Source: Eledone cirrhosa (taxonomy: Eukaryota). Taken from it: a DNA stretch of 64,000 bases. The stretch lies in NCBI GenBank assembly GCA_964016885.1, contig OZ024764.1:28582001-28646000 (forward strand). The letters run 5' to 3'. The translations under genes were made by a program, and so were the position numbers. The notes beneath the pieces are model-generated. The model was not told the DNA's origin, did not search any database, and worked only from the letters and a program-made list of their open reading frames with translations. Positions within the stretch are counted from its first letter, which is position 1, and every line of letters begins with the position of its first letter. Below are positions 21,301 through 33,599 of the stretch, piece after piece.

Positions 21301-24300
21301 ACAACAAAAAGCACCCAGTCCACACTGTAAAGTGGTCGTGTAGGTGTCACAACAAAAAGCACCCAGTCCACACTGTAAAGTGGTCGTGTAGGTGTCACAA
21401 CAAAAAGCACCCAGTCCACACTGTAAAGTGGTCGTGTAGGTGTCACAACAAAAAGCACCCAGTCCACACTGTAAAGTGGTCGTGTAGGTGTCACAACAAA
21501 AAGCACCCAGTCCACACTGTAAAGTGGTCGTGTAGGAGTCACAACAAAAAGCACCCAGTCCACACTGTAAAGTGGTCGTGTAGGTGTCACAACAAAAAGC
21601 ACCCAGTCCACACTGTAAAGTGGTCGTGTAGGAGTCACAACAAAAAGTACCCAGTCCACACTGTAAAGTGGTCGTGTAGGAGTCACAACAAAAAGTACCC
21701 AGTCCACACTGTAAAGTGGTCGTGTAGGTGTCACAACAAAAAGCACCCAGTCCACACTGTAAAGTGGTCGTGTAGGTGTCACAACAAAAAGCACCCAGTC
21801 CACACTGTAAAGTGGTCGTGTAGGTGTCACAACAAAAAGCACCCAGTCCACACTGTAAAGTGGTCGTGTAGGAGTCACAACAAAAAGCACCCAGTCCACA
21901 CTGTAAAGTGGTCGTGTAGGAGTCACAACAAAAAGCACCCAGTCCACACTGTAAAGTGGTCGTGTAGGAGTCACAACAAAAAGCACCCAGTCCACACTGT
22001 AAACGTGGTTGGTGTTAGGAGTCACAACAAAAAGCACCCAGTCCACACTGTAAAGTGGTCGTGTAGGAGTCACAACAAAAAGCACCCAGTCCACACTGTA
22101 AAGTGGTCGTGTAGGAGTCACAACAAAAAGCACCCAGTCCACACTGTAAAGTGGTCGTGTAGGAGTCACAACAAAAAGCACCCAGTCCACACTGTAAAGT
22201 GGTCGTGTAGGAGTCACAACAAAAAGTACCCAGTCCACACTGTAAAGTGGTCGTGTAGGAGTCACAACAAAAAGCACCCAGTCCACACTGTAAAGTGGTC
22301 GTGTAGGAGTCACAACAAAAAGCACCCAGTCCACACTGTAAAGTGGTCGTGTAGGAGTCACAACAAAAAGTACCCAGTCCACACTGTAAAGTGGTCGTGT
22401 AGGAGTCACAACAAAAAGCACCCAGTCCACACTGTAAAGTGGTCGTGTAGGAGTCACAACAAAAAGCACCCAGTCCACACTGTAAAGTGGTCGTGTAGGA
22501 GTCACAACAAAAAGCACCCAGTCCACACTGTAAACGTGGTTGGTGTTAGGAGTCACAACAAAAAGCACCCAGTCCACACTGTAAAGTGGTCGTGTAGGAG
22601 TCACAACAAAAAGCACCCAGTCCACACTGTAAAGTGGTCGTGTAGGAGTCACAACAAAAAGCACCCAGTCCACACTGTAAAGTGGTCGTGTAGGAGTCAC
22701 AACAAAAAGCACCCAGTCCACACTGTAAAGTGGTCGTGTAGGAGTCACAACAAAAAGCACCCAGTCCACACTGTAAAGTGGTTGTGTAGGTGTCACAACA
22801 AAAAGCACCCAGTCCACACTGTAAAGTGGTCGTGTAGGTGTCACAACAAAAAGCACCCAGTCCACACTGTAAAGTGGTCGTGTAGGAGTCACAACAAAAA
22901 GCACCCAGTCCACACTGTAAAGTGGTCGTGTAGGAGTCACAACAAAAAGTACCCAGTCCACACTGTAAAGTGGTCGTGTAGGTGTCACAACAAAAAGCAC
23001 CCAGTCCACACTGTAAAGTGGTCGTGTAGGTGTCACAACAAAAAGCACCCAGTCCACACTGTAAAGTGGTCGTGTAGGTGTCACAACAAAAAGCACCCAG
23101 TCCACACTGTAAAGTGGTCGTGTAGGAGTCACAACAAAAAGCACCCAGTCCACACTGTAAAGTGGTCGTGTAGGAGTCACAACAAAAAGCACCCAGTCCA
23201 CACTGTAAAGTGGTCGTGTAGGAGTCACAACAAAAAGCACCCAGTCCACACTGTAAACGTGGTTGGTGTTAGGAGTCACAACAAAAAGCACCCAGTCCAC
23301 ACTGTAAAGTGGTCGTGTAGGAGTCACAACAAAAAGCACCCAGTCCACACTGTAAAGTGGTCGTGTAGGAGTCACAACAAAAAGCACCCAGTCCACACTG
23401 TAAAGTGGTCGTGTAGGAGTCACAACAAAAAGCACCCAGTCCACACTGTAAAGTGGTCGTGTAGGAGTCACAACAAAAAGTACCCAGTCCACACTGTAAA
23501 GTGGTCGTGTAGGAGTCACAACAAAAAGCACCCAGTCCACACTGTAAAGTGGTCGTGTAGGAGTCACAACAAAAAGCACCCAGTCCACACTGTAAAGTGG
23601 TCGTGTAGGAGTCACAACAAAAAGTACCCAGTCCACACTGTAAAAGGTCGTGTAGGAGTCACAACAAAAAGCACCCAGTCCACACTGTAAAGTGGTCGTG
23701 TAGGAGTCACAACAAAAAGCACCCAGTCCACACTGTAAAGTGGTCGTGTAGGAGTCACAACAAAAAGCACCCAGTCCACACTGTAAACGTGGTTGGTGTT
23801 AGGAGTCACAACAAAAAGCACCCAGTCCACACTGTAAAGTGGTCGTGTAGGAGTCACAACAAAAAGCACCCAGTCCACACTGTAAAGTGGTCGTGTAGGA
23901 GTCACAACAAAAAGCACCCAGTCCACACTGTAAAGTGGTCGTGTAGGAGTCACAACAAAAAGCACCCAGTCCACACTGTAAAGTGGTCGTGTAGGAGTCA
24001 CAACAAAAAGCACCCAGTCCACACTGTAAAGTGGTTGTGTAGGTGTCACAACAAAAAGCACCCAGTCCACACTGTAAAGTGGTCGTGTAGGTGTCACAAC
24101 AAAAAGCACCCAGTCCACACTGTAAAGTGGTCGTGTAGGTGTCACAACAAAAAGCACCCAGTCCACACTGTAAAGTGGTCGTGTAGGTGTCACAACAAAA
24201 AGCACCCAGTCCACACTGTAAAGTGGTCGTGTAGGTGTCACAACAAAAAGCACCCAGTCCACACTGTAAAGTGGTCGTGTAGGTGTCACAACAAAAAGCA

Positions 24301-26150
24301 CCCAGTCCACACTGTAAAGTGGTCGTGTAGGAGTCACAACAAAAAGCACCCAGTCCACACTGTAAAGTGGTCGTGTAGGAGTCACAACAAAAAGCACCCA
24401 GTCCACACTGTAAAGTGGTCGTGTAGGTGTCACAACAAAAAGCACCCAGTCCACACTGTAAAGTGGTCGTGTAGGAGTCACAACAAAAAGCACCCAGTCC
24501 ACACTGTAAAGTGGTCGTGTAGGTGTCACAACAAAAAGCACCCAGTCCACACTGTAAAGTGGTCGTGTAGGAGTCACAACAAAAAGCACCCAGTCCACAC
24601 TGTAAAGTGGTCGTGTAGGAGTCACAACAAAAAGCACCCAGTCCACACTGTAAAGTGGTCGTGTAGGTGTCACAACAAAAAGCACCCAGTCCACACTGTA
24701 AAGTGGTCGTGTAGGAGTCACAACAAAAAGCACCCAGTCCACACTGTAAAGTGGTTGTGTAGGTGTCACAACAAAAAGCACCCAGTCCACACTGTAAAGT
24801 GGTCGTGTAGGTGTCACAACAAAAAGCACCCAGTCCACACTGTAAAGTGGTCGTGTAGGTGTCACAACAAAAAGCACCCAGTCCACACTGTAAAGTGGTC
24901 GTGTAGGTGTCACAACAAAAAGCACCCAGTCCACACTGTAAAGTGGTCGTGTAGGTGTCACAACAAAAAGCACCCAGTCCACACTGTAAAGTGGTCGTGT
25001 AGGTGTCACAACAAAAAGCACCCAGTCCACACTGTAAAGTGGTCGTGTAGGAGTCACAACAAAAAGCACCCAGTCCACACTGTAAAGTGGTCGTGTAGGA
25101 GTCACAACAAAAAGCACCCAGTCCACACTGTAAAGTGGTCGTGTAGGTGTCACAACAAAAAGCACCCAGTCCACACTGTAAAGTGGTCGTGTAGGTGTCA
25201 CAACAAAAAGCACCCAGTCCACACTGTAAAGTGGTCGTGTAGGAGTCACAACAAAAAGCACCCAGTCCACACTGTAAAGTGGTCGTGTAGGAGTCACAAC
25301 AAAAAGCACCCAGTCCACACTGTAAAGTGGTCGTGTAGGAGTCACAACAAAAAGCACCCAGTCCACACTGTAAAGTGGTCGTGTAGGAGTCACAACAAAA
25401 AGCACCCAGTCCACACTGTAAAGTGGTCGTGTAGGTGTCACAACAAAAAGCACCCAGTCCACACTGTAAAGTGGTCGTGTAGGAGTCACAACAAAAAGCA
25501 CCCAGTCCACACTGTAAAGTGGTCGTGTAGGAGTCACAACAAAAAGCACCCAGTCCACACTGTAAAGTGGTTGTGTAGGTGTCACAACAAAAAGCACCCA
25601 GTCCACACTGTAAAGTGGTCGTGTAGGAGTCACAACAAAAAGCACCCAGTCCACACTGTAAAGTGGTTGTGTAGGTGTCACAACAAAAAGCACCCAGTCC
25701 ACACTGTAAAGTGGTCGTGTAGGAGTCACAACAAAAAGCACCCAGTCCACACTGTAAAGTGGTCGTGTAGGAGTCACAACAAAAAGCACCCAGTCCACAC
25801 TGTAAAGTGGTCGTGTAGGAGTCACAACAAAAAGCACCCAGTCCACACTGTAAAGTGGTTGTGTAGGTGTCACAACAAAAAGCACCCAGTCCACACTGTA
25901 AAGTGGTCGTGTAGGAGTCACAACAAAAAGCACCCAGTCCACACTGTAAAGTGGTTGTGTAGGTGTCACAACAAAAAGCACCCAGTCCACACTGTAAAGT
26001 GGTCGTGTAGGAGTCACAACAAAAAGCACCCAGTCCACACTGTAAAGTGGTCGTGTAGGAGTCACAACAAAAAGCACCCAGTCCACACTGTAAAGTGGTC
26101 GTGTAGGAGTCACAACAAAAAGCACCCAGTCCACACTGTAAACGTGGTTG
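18375..26150. repeat. 48-bp satellite, ~160 copies, RTE-3'UTR derived
   Basis: cacactgtaaagtggtcgtgtaggagtcacaacaaaaagcacccagtc. Confidence 0.99.
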
Positions 26151-26398
26151 GTGTTAGGAAGGACACCTAGCCAGAAATAGTTCTGTTTGAGCAAGACATG
26201 GTCACCTGACCCAATTTGCCTCTGATGGGACAACCTGGCTAACCCATGCTAGCATGGAAAATGGACGTTAAATGTTGATGATGATGATGATGATGATGAT
26301 GATATATATATAATTAGTTGGGTTTTTTTTAAATAGATTCACTAATATATTGTTTTATTTATGAAAATTTCAACAGAATTTAAAACTATATTTTGTAG

Positions 26399-26519
26399 AT
26401 GCCCAAAAACTTGTTAAATCTGATGATAAGTGCACAGCTGGAAGGACATGAGGAGTTGGACCCCGGGGTAGAAAAGGAACTTCAGTTGGAGAATATGACA
26501 GACTGGAAAACCAAAAGAG
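26399..26519 (+). CDS. P450 exon (MPKNLLNLMISAQLEGHEELDPGVEKELQLENMTDWKTKR)
   Basis: ttttgtag / gtattt; NLLNLMI corresponds to the DFLQLMI H-helix; 121 bp, phase 0 to 1. Confidence 0.85.
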
Positions 26520-27428
26520 GTATTTATAATGGTTGGTGTTAGGAAGGGCATCCAGCTGTAGAAAACCTGCCAGATAGTCCTATAGGAGCGAGACATGGTC
26601 ACCCGACCAATCTTACCTCAAGTGGGACAATTCCCGTCTAACCCATGCCAGCGTGGAAGATGGACGTTAAACAATGATGATTATGATGATGATGTTTCTA
26701 AGTTTCTGACACAAGGACACCAATTTGAAGGAAAAGGGGGAGAAAGTTGATTAAATCAACCCCAGTGCATTACTGGTACTGTATTTTATCAATCTAAATT
26801 AGATCTACAAATTTTTTAATATAAGGAACTGTTTCTTTGTTTTTATTCATTTATCTTGACTCTGTTTTCCTGTGAGTTTCATCGAAAAAATTTTTGAATA
26901 CATCTTCTCTTTTCATGATATTTGGATTACATTGAGTTCTTCATATGGATTGGACACTACCGTATATTTTGGTAGATTTATCTACACACATATATCTTAC
27001 ACCTCTCCAAGACAATGTCACTGGACCGAGACCTTTGGCGGTACTCAGTAATAGAGAAGACCCGCCTTACCTAAATACATAGTAAAACCTACTACAGCCA
27101 GTAGGCATCTCTAACAACCCCGTCCCACCACCCCCTCCTATGTAAAGTTATGTTGGTGCCACAACATCCAGGCCGAAACAAATGAGATCGTGTAGGTATC
27201 ACGACAAAAAAACACACAGTCCACGCTGTAATGTGGCCGTGTAGGCAACACGGTAAAAACCTCCCAGTCCCACACTGTAAATGTGGTTGGTGTTAGGAAG
27301 GGCATCCAACTGTAGAAAACCTGCCAGACAGTCCTATGCGAGCAAGACAATCACTCTTGCCTCAAGTGGGAATACCCCCGTCCAAACCCATGCAAGCGTG
27401 GAACACGGACGTTAAACGTTGATGATGA

Positions 27429-27487
<59 letters not shown>

Positions 27488-27559
27488 AACTATACTATTA
27501 TATAGTATATATAATCTATACTGATATATATTGATATATGTTCTGTTTTCTCCTCATAG

Positions 27560-27717
27560 GAATTACAGACAAGGAAATTCTTGCTCAATGTACAATAATT
27601 TTCTTAGCTGCTTACGAAACTACATCTTCTACTCTGACATTCTTTACTTATTTAATGTCTGTTAATCCTGAAGCACAGCAAAAATTATACCAGGAGATTG
27701 TAGATGTTTTGGGGGAG
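27560..27717 (+). CDS. P450 I-helix exon (ITDKEILAQCTIIFLAAYETTSSTL...PEAQQKLYQEIVDVLGE)
   Basis: catag / gtaagt; AxYETT I-helix and PExQxKLxxEI motifs; 158 bp. Confidence 0.95.
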
Positions 27718-27861
27718 GTAAGTACTTTATTTTTCTCTTACTAGGTTCCAGGTATATCTATTTATACCTTAGACAATTGTGATAGGTGTAATAGACTAAA
27801 TAGACTAACTATAGAGCTGGGTGGAGATGAGTTAGGAGATTCAGAGCATTGCCCTTCTTCA

Positions 27862-28077
27862 ACTCCCTACTTATGTCCAGCCCCTACAATACCATAACAT
27901 ATATATTCCTCTCTTCTGTTTGTCTAGGGACTCCCTACTTATGTCCAGCCCTTACAATACCATAACATATATATTTCTCTCTTCTGTTTGTCTAGGGACT
28001 CCCTACTTATCTCCAGCCCCTACAATACCATAACATATATATTTCTCTCTTCTGTTTGTCTAGGAACTCCCTACTTA
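27862..28077 (+). repeat. 68-bp tandem repeat (3+ copies) spanning a P450 splice acceptor
   Basis: ctcttctgtttgtctag|g(g/a)actccctactta repeated with AG at 27926, 27994, 28062. Confidence 0.95.
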
Positions 28078-28152
28078 CGACAATCTCCAGCAACTGCCTT
28101 ACCTTAACATGTGCCTGGATGAAACATTAAGGATGTTTCCTATTGCAACTGC
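28064..28152 (+). CDS. P450 K-helix exon (ELPTYDNLQQLPYLNMCLDETLRMFPIAT)
   Basis: ExxR motif (ETLR); tctag / gtatgt; 89 bp. Confidence 0.93.
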
Positions 28153-28446
28153 GTATGTTTCTGTTAATTTTACTTTTATTATACAGTACCAGTAATGTAA
28201 TGGGGTTGATTTAATCTACTTCCCCTCCAAAACAATTCTTGGCTTTGTACCTCAATCAGAAACCCTTAAATCTTATGTTAATTATTGTTGGAGAAGTGTA
28301 TTCTTATTTCATGTTTTATCAAATTTGTTAATGTCCTTGTCCCCATATCCTTATTTTATATAACTTTGTTTTACCAACCTCCCATCTATTGTAACCCCTG
28401 TTTAGCTACTGTATTTTATGGTCAATCCCTTGTGACTAATAAAGAA

Positions 28447-28484
<38 letters not shown>

Positions 28485-28894
28485 AAGAGTGAAGAATAAC
28501 AGGGTCGGCTGTACAAAAAGGGTTTTATTTACAGTATTCTACAGAATACTAGTATTCCAATGATTTGATCAGAGACACACACACTGTATTTAAGGTCAAG
28601 TGACGCAACTTCTAGTAATCAGTGGCCTTTAGACTCACCTGATCAGCAGCCTTTAGACTCACCTGATCAATGAAGCAATTGTTAATACTGTAAATAAAAC
28701 CCTTTTTGTACAGCTGACCATGTTATTCTTCACTCTTTCACTATCATTACTCCAAGAATAACCTACATGAGAATTGTCGTGAGCTCGCTACCTAACTAAG
28801 GAAACTTTGTGTTGAGTCAGACAACGTTGTACGTTAAAACTCTCCATAGTACAGAGTACTCACAACCTCTAACTGGATTACCTAAAACGATACC

Positions 28895-28928
<34 letters not shown>

Positions 28929-29224
28929 CCGTTTTAGAAAACCTGCCAGACAGTCCACGCTGTAATGTGGCCGTGTAGGCAACACGGTAAAAACCTCCCA
29001 GCCCCACACTGTAAATGTGGTTGGTGTTAGGAAGGGCATCCAACTGTAGAAAACCCGCCAGACAGTCCTATGCGAGCAAGACAACCACTCTTGCCTCAAG
29101 TGGGAAAACTCCCGTCCAAACCCATGCAAGCATGGAACACGGACGTTAAACGATGATGATGATGATGATGATATATATATACATATATATACATACATAT
29201 ATATATATATATACACATATATAT

Positions 29225-29828
29225 ATCATCATCATCATCATCATCACCGTTTTACGTCCGTTCTTCCACGCTAGCATGGGTTAGACGGGTTGTCCTGTTG
29301 TGGGCAGTGTCTGGTCGGCTGACCATGCCTTGCTCATACAGGAACTGATTTGGCTTGATTTCTACAGCTGGATGCCCTTCCTAACACCAACCTCATTTAC
29401 AGTGAGTGGTGGGTGCTTCTTCGTGGTGCCTACACGTCCACTTTACAGTGTGGGCTGGGTGCTTTTTTGCCGTGGCACCTCCACGACCACTTTAGAGTGG
29501 GAGGGTGTGGGGGCATATTGTCTATATGCTTCAGCTTGTACCCATGGGAGGTCGGGTACTCTGTATTACTGCATGACGCCAGAGGTCACGGTCGTGTGTC
29601 ATCGCCTTTGAGAGGTGTAATTGGGTAAGGTCGGCTTTTATCACCTCATCCCAGGTCATCTTGGGTCTCCCCACTCCGCGGTTTCCATCGACTTCTAGTG
29701 CTCTGCACCTTTTTATGCAGCTGTCATCCTTCATACGCATCACATGTCCATACCAACGCAACCGCCTCTCCTGCACACAGCATTTGATTTCTCTTATGCT
29801 CAGTCTCTCTCTCAATTCATTTATGCTT
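29225..29828 (-). mobile_element. 5'-truncated copy of the intact RTE LINE
   Basis: Reverse complement of ~41298-41898. Confidence 0.93.
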
Positions 29829-29884
29829 GTTATCCTATATAAATATATATAGTAGTAGTTCCACAACAGTTGGTTCACCATACA

Positions 29885-29921
29885 GAGAACAAATGTTTCA
29901 CCTTATTCGGATCTTCAGCAT
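29885..29921 (-). ncRNA. Minimal type I hammerhead motif (same family as 45854)
   Basis: Minus strand: CTGAAGA-tccgaataaggt-GAAA-CATTTG-TT-ctc. Confidence 0.6.
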
Positions 29922-30066
29922 GAGATGAATCATTTGTTCTCAGTATGGGGAAATAACTGTTGTGGAACTACTTCTACCAAAATCGTCCCATGGACTGTGT
30001 GCTCTACCACTATGGATATAACCCTCCAGTGTTCTACTATTATATATATATATATATATATATATA

Positions 30067-30693
30067 ACTAGCAGTGCTAACCGGCGTTGCACGGGATATG
30101 GTATTTTGGAACGCGGGCCTCCAACAGACCTAATCGTGGAAAAACTGCATGCCTGGACAATATGTAAAGAAAATAAACCAAATACTCTGATGGCTGGATA
30201 ATCTTTAAGATTTTCCTCAATGAAGCAGGAAAAATGTAGGTTTTCACCTAATGTGGGCCCTAGGGGGTCAAGAAAATGGATTTTTTTATGTGCATAATAT
30301 GCCTTGAAATTTCAGGAAAATCGGCTAGAGGTAATGCCTCAAAAAACCCCTAAAAAGCTGGAAAAAACGCAGTTTTTCACCTAATGTGAGCCCTAGGGGA
30401 TCAAAAAGTTCAATTTTTTTATGTGCATAATACTCCCTGAAGCATAAATAATACACATGGAAAGTTTGAAATTTAAATGCACATAAAAAAAATTCATTTT
30501 CTTCATCCCTAGGGCCCACATTAGGTGAAAACCTGCATTTTTTTTACTTCATCGAGGAAAATCTTAAAGATTATCCAGCCATCAGAGTATTCGGTTTATT
30601 TTCTTTACATATTGTCCAGGCATGCAGTTTTTCCACGATTAGGTCTGTTGGAGGCCCGCATTCCACAATAGCTTATCCCGTAGCACTGCTAGT
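30067..30693. mobile_element. Palindromic non-autonomous Helitron-like/fold-back element
   Basis: actagcagtgctaaccggcgttgcacggg start, tagcactgctagt end, ~200-bp internal inverted arms, flanked by (TA)n. Confidence 0.7.
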
Positions 30694-30697
30694 ATAT

Positions 30698-31428
30698 ATC
30701 ATCATCAACGTTTAACGTCCGTGTTCCACGCTTGCATGGGTTTGGACGGGGGGTAGTCCCACTTGAGGCAAGAGTGATTGTCTTGCTCGCATAGGACTGT
30801 CTGGCAGGTTTTCTACAGTTGGATGCCCTTCCTAACACCAACCACATTTACAGTGTGGGGCTGGGAGGTTTTTACCGTGTTGCCTACACGGCCACATTAC
30901 AGCGTGGACTGTCTGGCGTGTTTTCTACAGCTGGATGCCCTTCCTAACACCAACCACATTTACAGTGTGGGTCTGGGAGGTTTTTACCGTGTTGCCTACA
31001 CGGCCACATTACAGCGTGGACTGTGTGTTTTTTTGTCGTGACACCTACACGATCTCATTTGTTTCGGCCTGGATGGCGCGGCACCAACATAACTTTACAT
31101 AGAACGGGGGTGGTGTGGATGGGGTGGCGGTGGTGGGACGGGGTGTATTTTGTTAGAGATGCCTACTGGCAAGGCGGGTCTTCTCTGTTACTGAGTACCG
31201 CCAAAGGTCTCGGTCCAGTGACATTGTCTTGGAGAGGTGTAAGTGTGTGATGTCGGAGTTTATCAGCTCGTCCCAGGTTTTTCTAGGTCTGCCTATTCCG
31301 TGGCTACCGTCTATCTTTATTGCCCTGCACTTTGTTATACAGCTATCGACTTTCATGCGCATCACGTGACCATACCAACGTAGCCTTCTCTCGAGTAAAC
31401 AACATCTGATCCCTCTTATCTCTAATTT

Positions 31429-31432
<4 letters not shown>
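30698..31432 (-). mobile_element. RTE subfamily-3 3' fragment (relatives at ~27000-27432 +, 28935-29170 +, 6032-6245 -)
   Basis: MRMKVDSCITKCRAIKIDGSHGIGRPRKTW; shared 3'UTR (ggtgttaggaagggcatcc...aacccatgc) and GAT tail. Confidence 0.8.
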
Positions 31433-31459
<27 letters not shown>

Positions 31460-31491
31460 AATTTATGTTAATTAATTTTCTATTGTTACAG

Positions 31492-31629
31492 ACTGGATCG
31501 TCAGGCCAGTGACACATGTGTGATTAAGGGGATAAGAATCCCTGCAGGTAGGACCATCAGGATAGCTGTTGATGCCCTTCATTATGATCCAAAATATTGG
31601 CCAGAACCTGAGAAATTTATTCCAGAAAG
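31492..31629 (+). CDS. P450 exon (LDRQASDTCVIKGIRIPAGRTIRIAVDALHYDPKYWPEPEKFIPE)
   Basis: ttacag / gtgaga; LHxDPxYWPxPExFxPER meander motif; 138 bp. Confidence 0.95.
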
Positions 31630-31704
31630 GTGAGATATTAAGAGGATTCTTCCATTTATAGATGGTTTGGATGCAGACATCATCATCATCATCATGACCT
31701 GCTA

Positions 31705-32050
31705 GCTGGCACACCTCCATACATTACAGTGCTCCCCAGTCTCAAATCCTTGGGGTCCCTCTACTTCTACTTCCTGGCACACCTCCATGTATTACAGTGC
31801 TCCCCTGTCATAAATCCTTGGGGTCCCTCTACTTCTACTTCCTGGCACACCTCCATGTATTACAGTGCTCCCCTGTCATAAATCCTTGGGGTCCCTCTAC
31901 TTCTACTTCCTGGCACACCTCCATGTATTACAGTGCTCTCCTGTCACAAATCCTTGGGGTCCCTCTTCTACAGATGCCTGGCACACCTCCATGTATTACA
32001 GTGCTCCCCTGTCACAAATCCTTGGGGTCCCTCTTCTACAGATGCCTGGC
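31705..32050. repeat. 68-bp minisatellite, ~5 copies
   Basis: ctggcacacctccatgtattacagtgctcccctgtcataaatccttggggtccctctacttctacttc. Confidence 0.92.
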
Positions 32051-32088
32051 TATTTATAGATGTACATTTGTTTATTTCTTTTCCCCAG

Positions 32089-32251
32089 ATTCAGTGATGA
32101 AAACAAATCTACACAAGTACCGTTTACCTACTTACCATTTGGTGGAGGACCCAGAGTGTGTATTGGAATGAGACTGGCCAAGCTGGAGTTCAAGATAGCA
32201 GTTGTTGAAATTATTCGGAAGTTTAAAATTTTTCCGACAGAGAAAACCGAA
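32089..32251 (+). CDS. P450 heme-binding exon (FSDENKS...YLPFGGGPRVCIGMRLAKLEFKIA...EKTE)
   Basis: FxxGxRxCxG heme signature; ccccag / gtaagt; 163 bp. Confidence 0.97.
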
Positions 32252-33419
32252 GTAAGTCCCATTTTTTTTTTTTTTACAGTAGTCTTTGGAAATATTATAC
32301 ACTTAGTAGGTACACAAGGGGCTGCTGAAAAGTTCCTGGATTGATCACTGTTAGCTTATGAGATTTGCTCCTGCATTAGCTCATGTTATGGATGTGGTTG
32401 GTATTGTTGTAAGAGGTGTGTGGTGCTGTAGATACTGCTTTAAGCAATGGTGGTGTTGAGTATGATGGTGATCGTATTGGTCTGCTTCTCATCGTGTTAA
32501 CAATAGTGGAGCTGGTGCTGATAATTCTGGTGGGGGTTGTAAAACTATTGGAGTGATGATAGAGATGATAATGATGGTGACAGAGCCATTGGTCTTACAG
32601 GAAGATGTTTGCTCTGTTACTAAGGGCTGTTTGGTCAACCGGAATCCGGCGCTAGTTTACAGAGCTTAGAATAACTGAAGGACCGCTGCAATCATCATCA
32701 TCATCATCATTTCATTTTACGTCCGCTTTTTCCCTGCTTGCAAGGGTGGGACGGGAACTGATTCTGGCTTGATTTCTACAGCTGGATGCCCTTCCTAACA
32801 CCAACCTCATTTACAGTGAGTGCTGGGTGCTTTTTTGCCGTGGCACCTCCACGACCACTTTGCAGTGGAATGATAGGGACCCCAGTCCCTATCATCTCAT
32901 TTCTACAGCTGAGTAAACTGGAGCAATGTGAAATAAAGTGTCTTGCTCAAGGAAACAACACAAGTGTCTGAATCTGAGACGGGAATATGTTGAATAAAAT
33001 CACAATTCACTGATCCTCCTTTCTATATTAGGTATCCTCCTAATTTTCTTATTCATGTTAGATCACTCTTGAGTGCTACTGGTAACATGTCACCCAGTAC
33101 AACCTGTCGCACGGTCGGATCGTCGGCGACTAAACTGGCAACCCCACCAAGTTTACTTGGTGAGGTTGCCAGTTTATATACACACACATATATATTATAT
33201 ATATTGTTGTGACAACAACTGGGGAGCCTTTCACTCCCAGGTAAAAATAAAAAAGAAGAAAAGTACTATTTGGATGGCCGTTGACGCTGCTGAGTTCCTC
33301 TACCACCTTTTGCCAGGTCTTGTATTCCATCCTGGCAGGGTGTCCAAATATCACCCTCCTCACCTTTCTAAGAGGAGGGAAACTCTGAGAGAAAAACCTG
33401 CAGCTTCAGAAGCATCCGT

Positions 33420-33599
33420 GGGTAAGGTCGGCTTTTATCACCTCATCCCAAGTCATCTTGGGTCTCCCCACTCCGCGGTTTCCATCAACTTCTAGTGCTC
33501 TGCACCTTTTTATGCAGCTGTCATCCTTCATACGCATCACATGTCCATACCAGCGTAACCGCCTCTCCTGCACGCAGCATTTGATTCCTCTTATGCTCA
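33420..33599 (-). mobile_element. Internal RTE fragment nested in another repeat
   Basis: Reverse complement of ~41326-41505; lacks the 3' tail. Confidence 0.85.

Noticed and set aside
18306-26233. ORFs of 539-1775 aa on both strands
   Set aside because: They are translations of a 48-bp (16-codon) satellite lacking stops, lying within a P450 intron, with no coding evidence
28655-28690. Hammerhead-like ctgatcaatgaagcaattgtt
   Set aside because: Both core boxes deviate (CTGATCA, GAAG); possibly a decayed motif but unsupported
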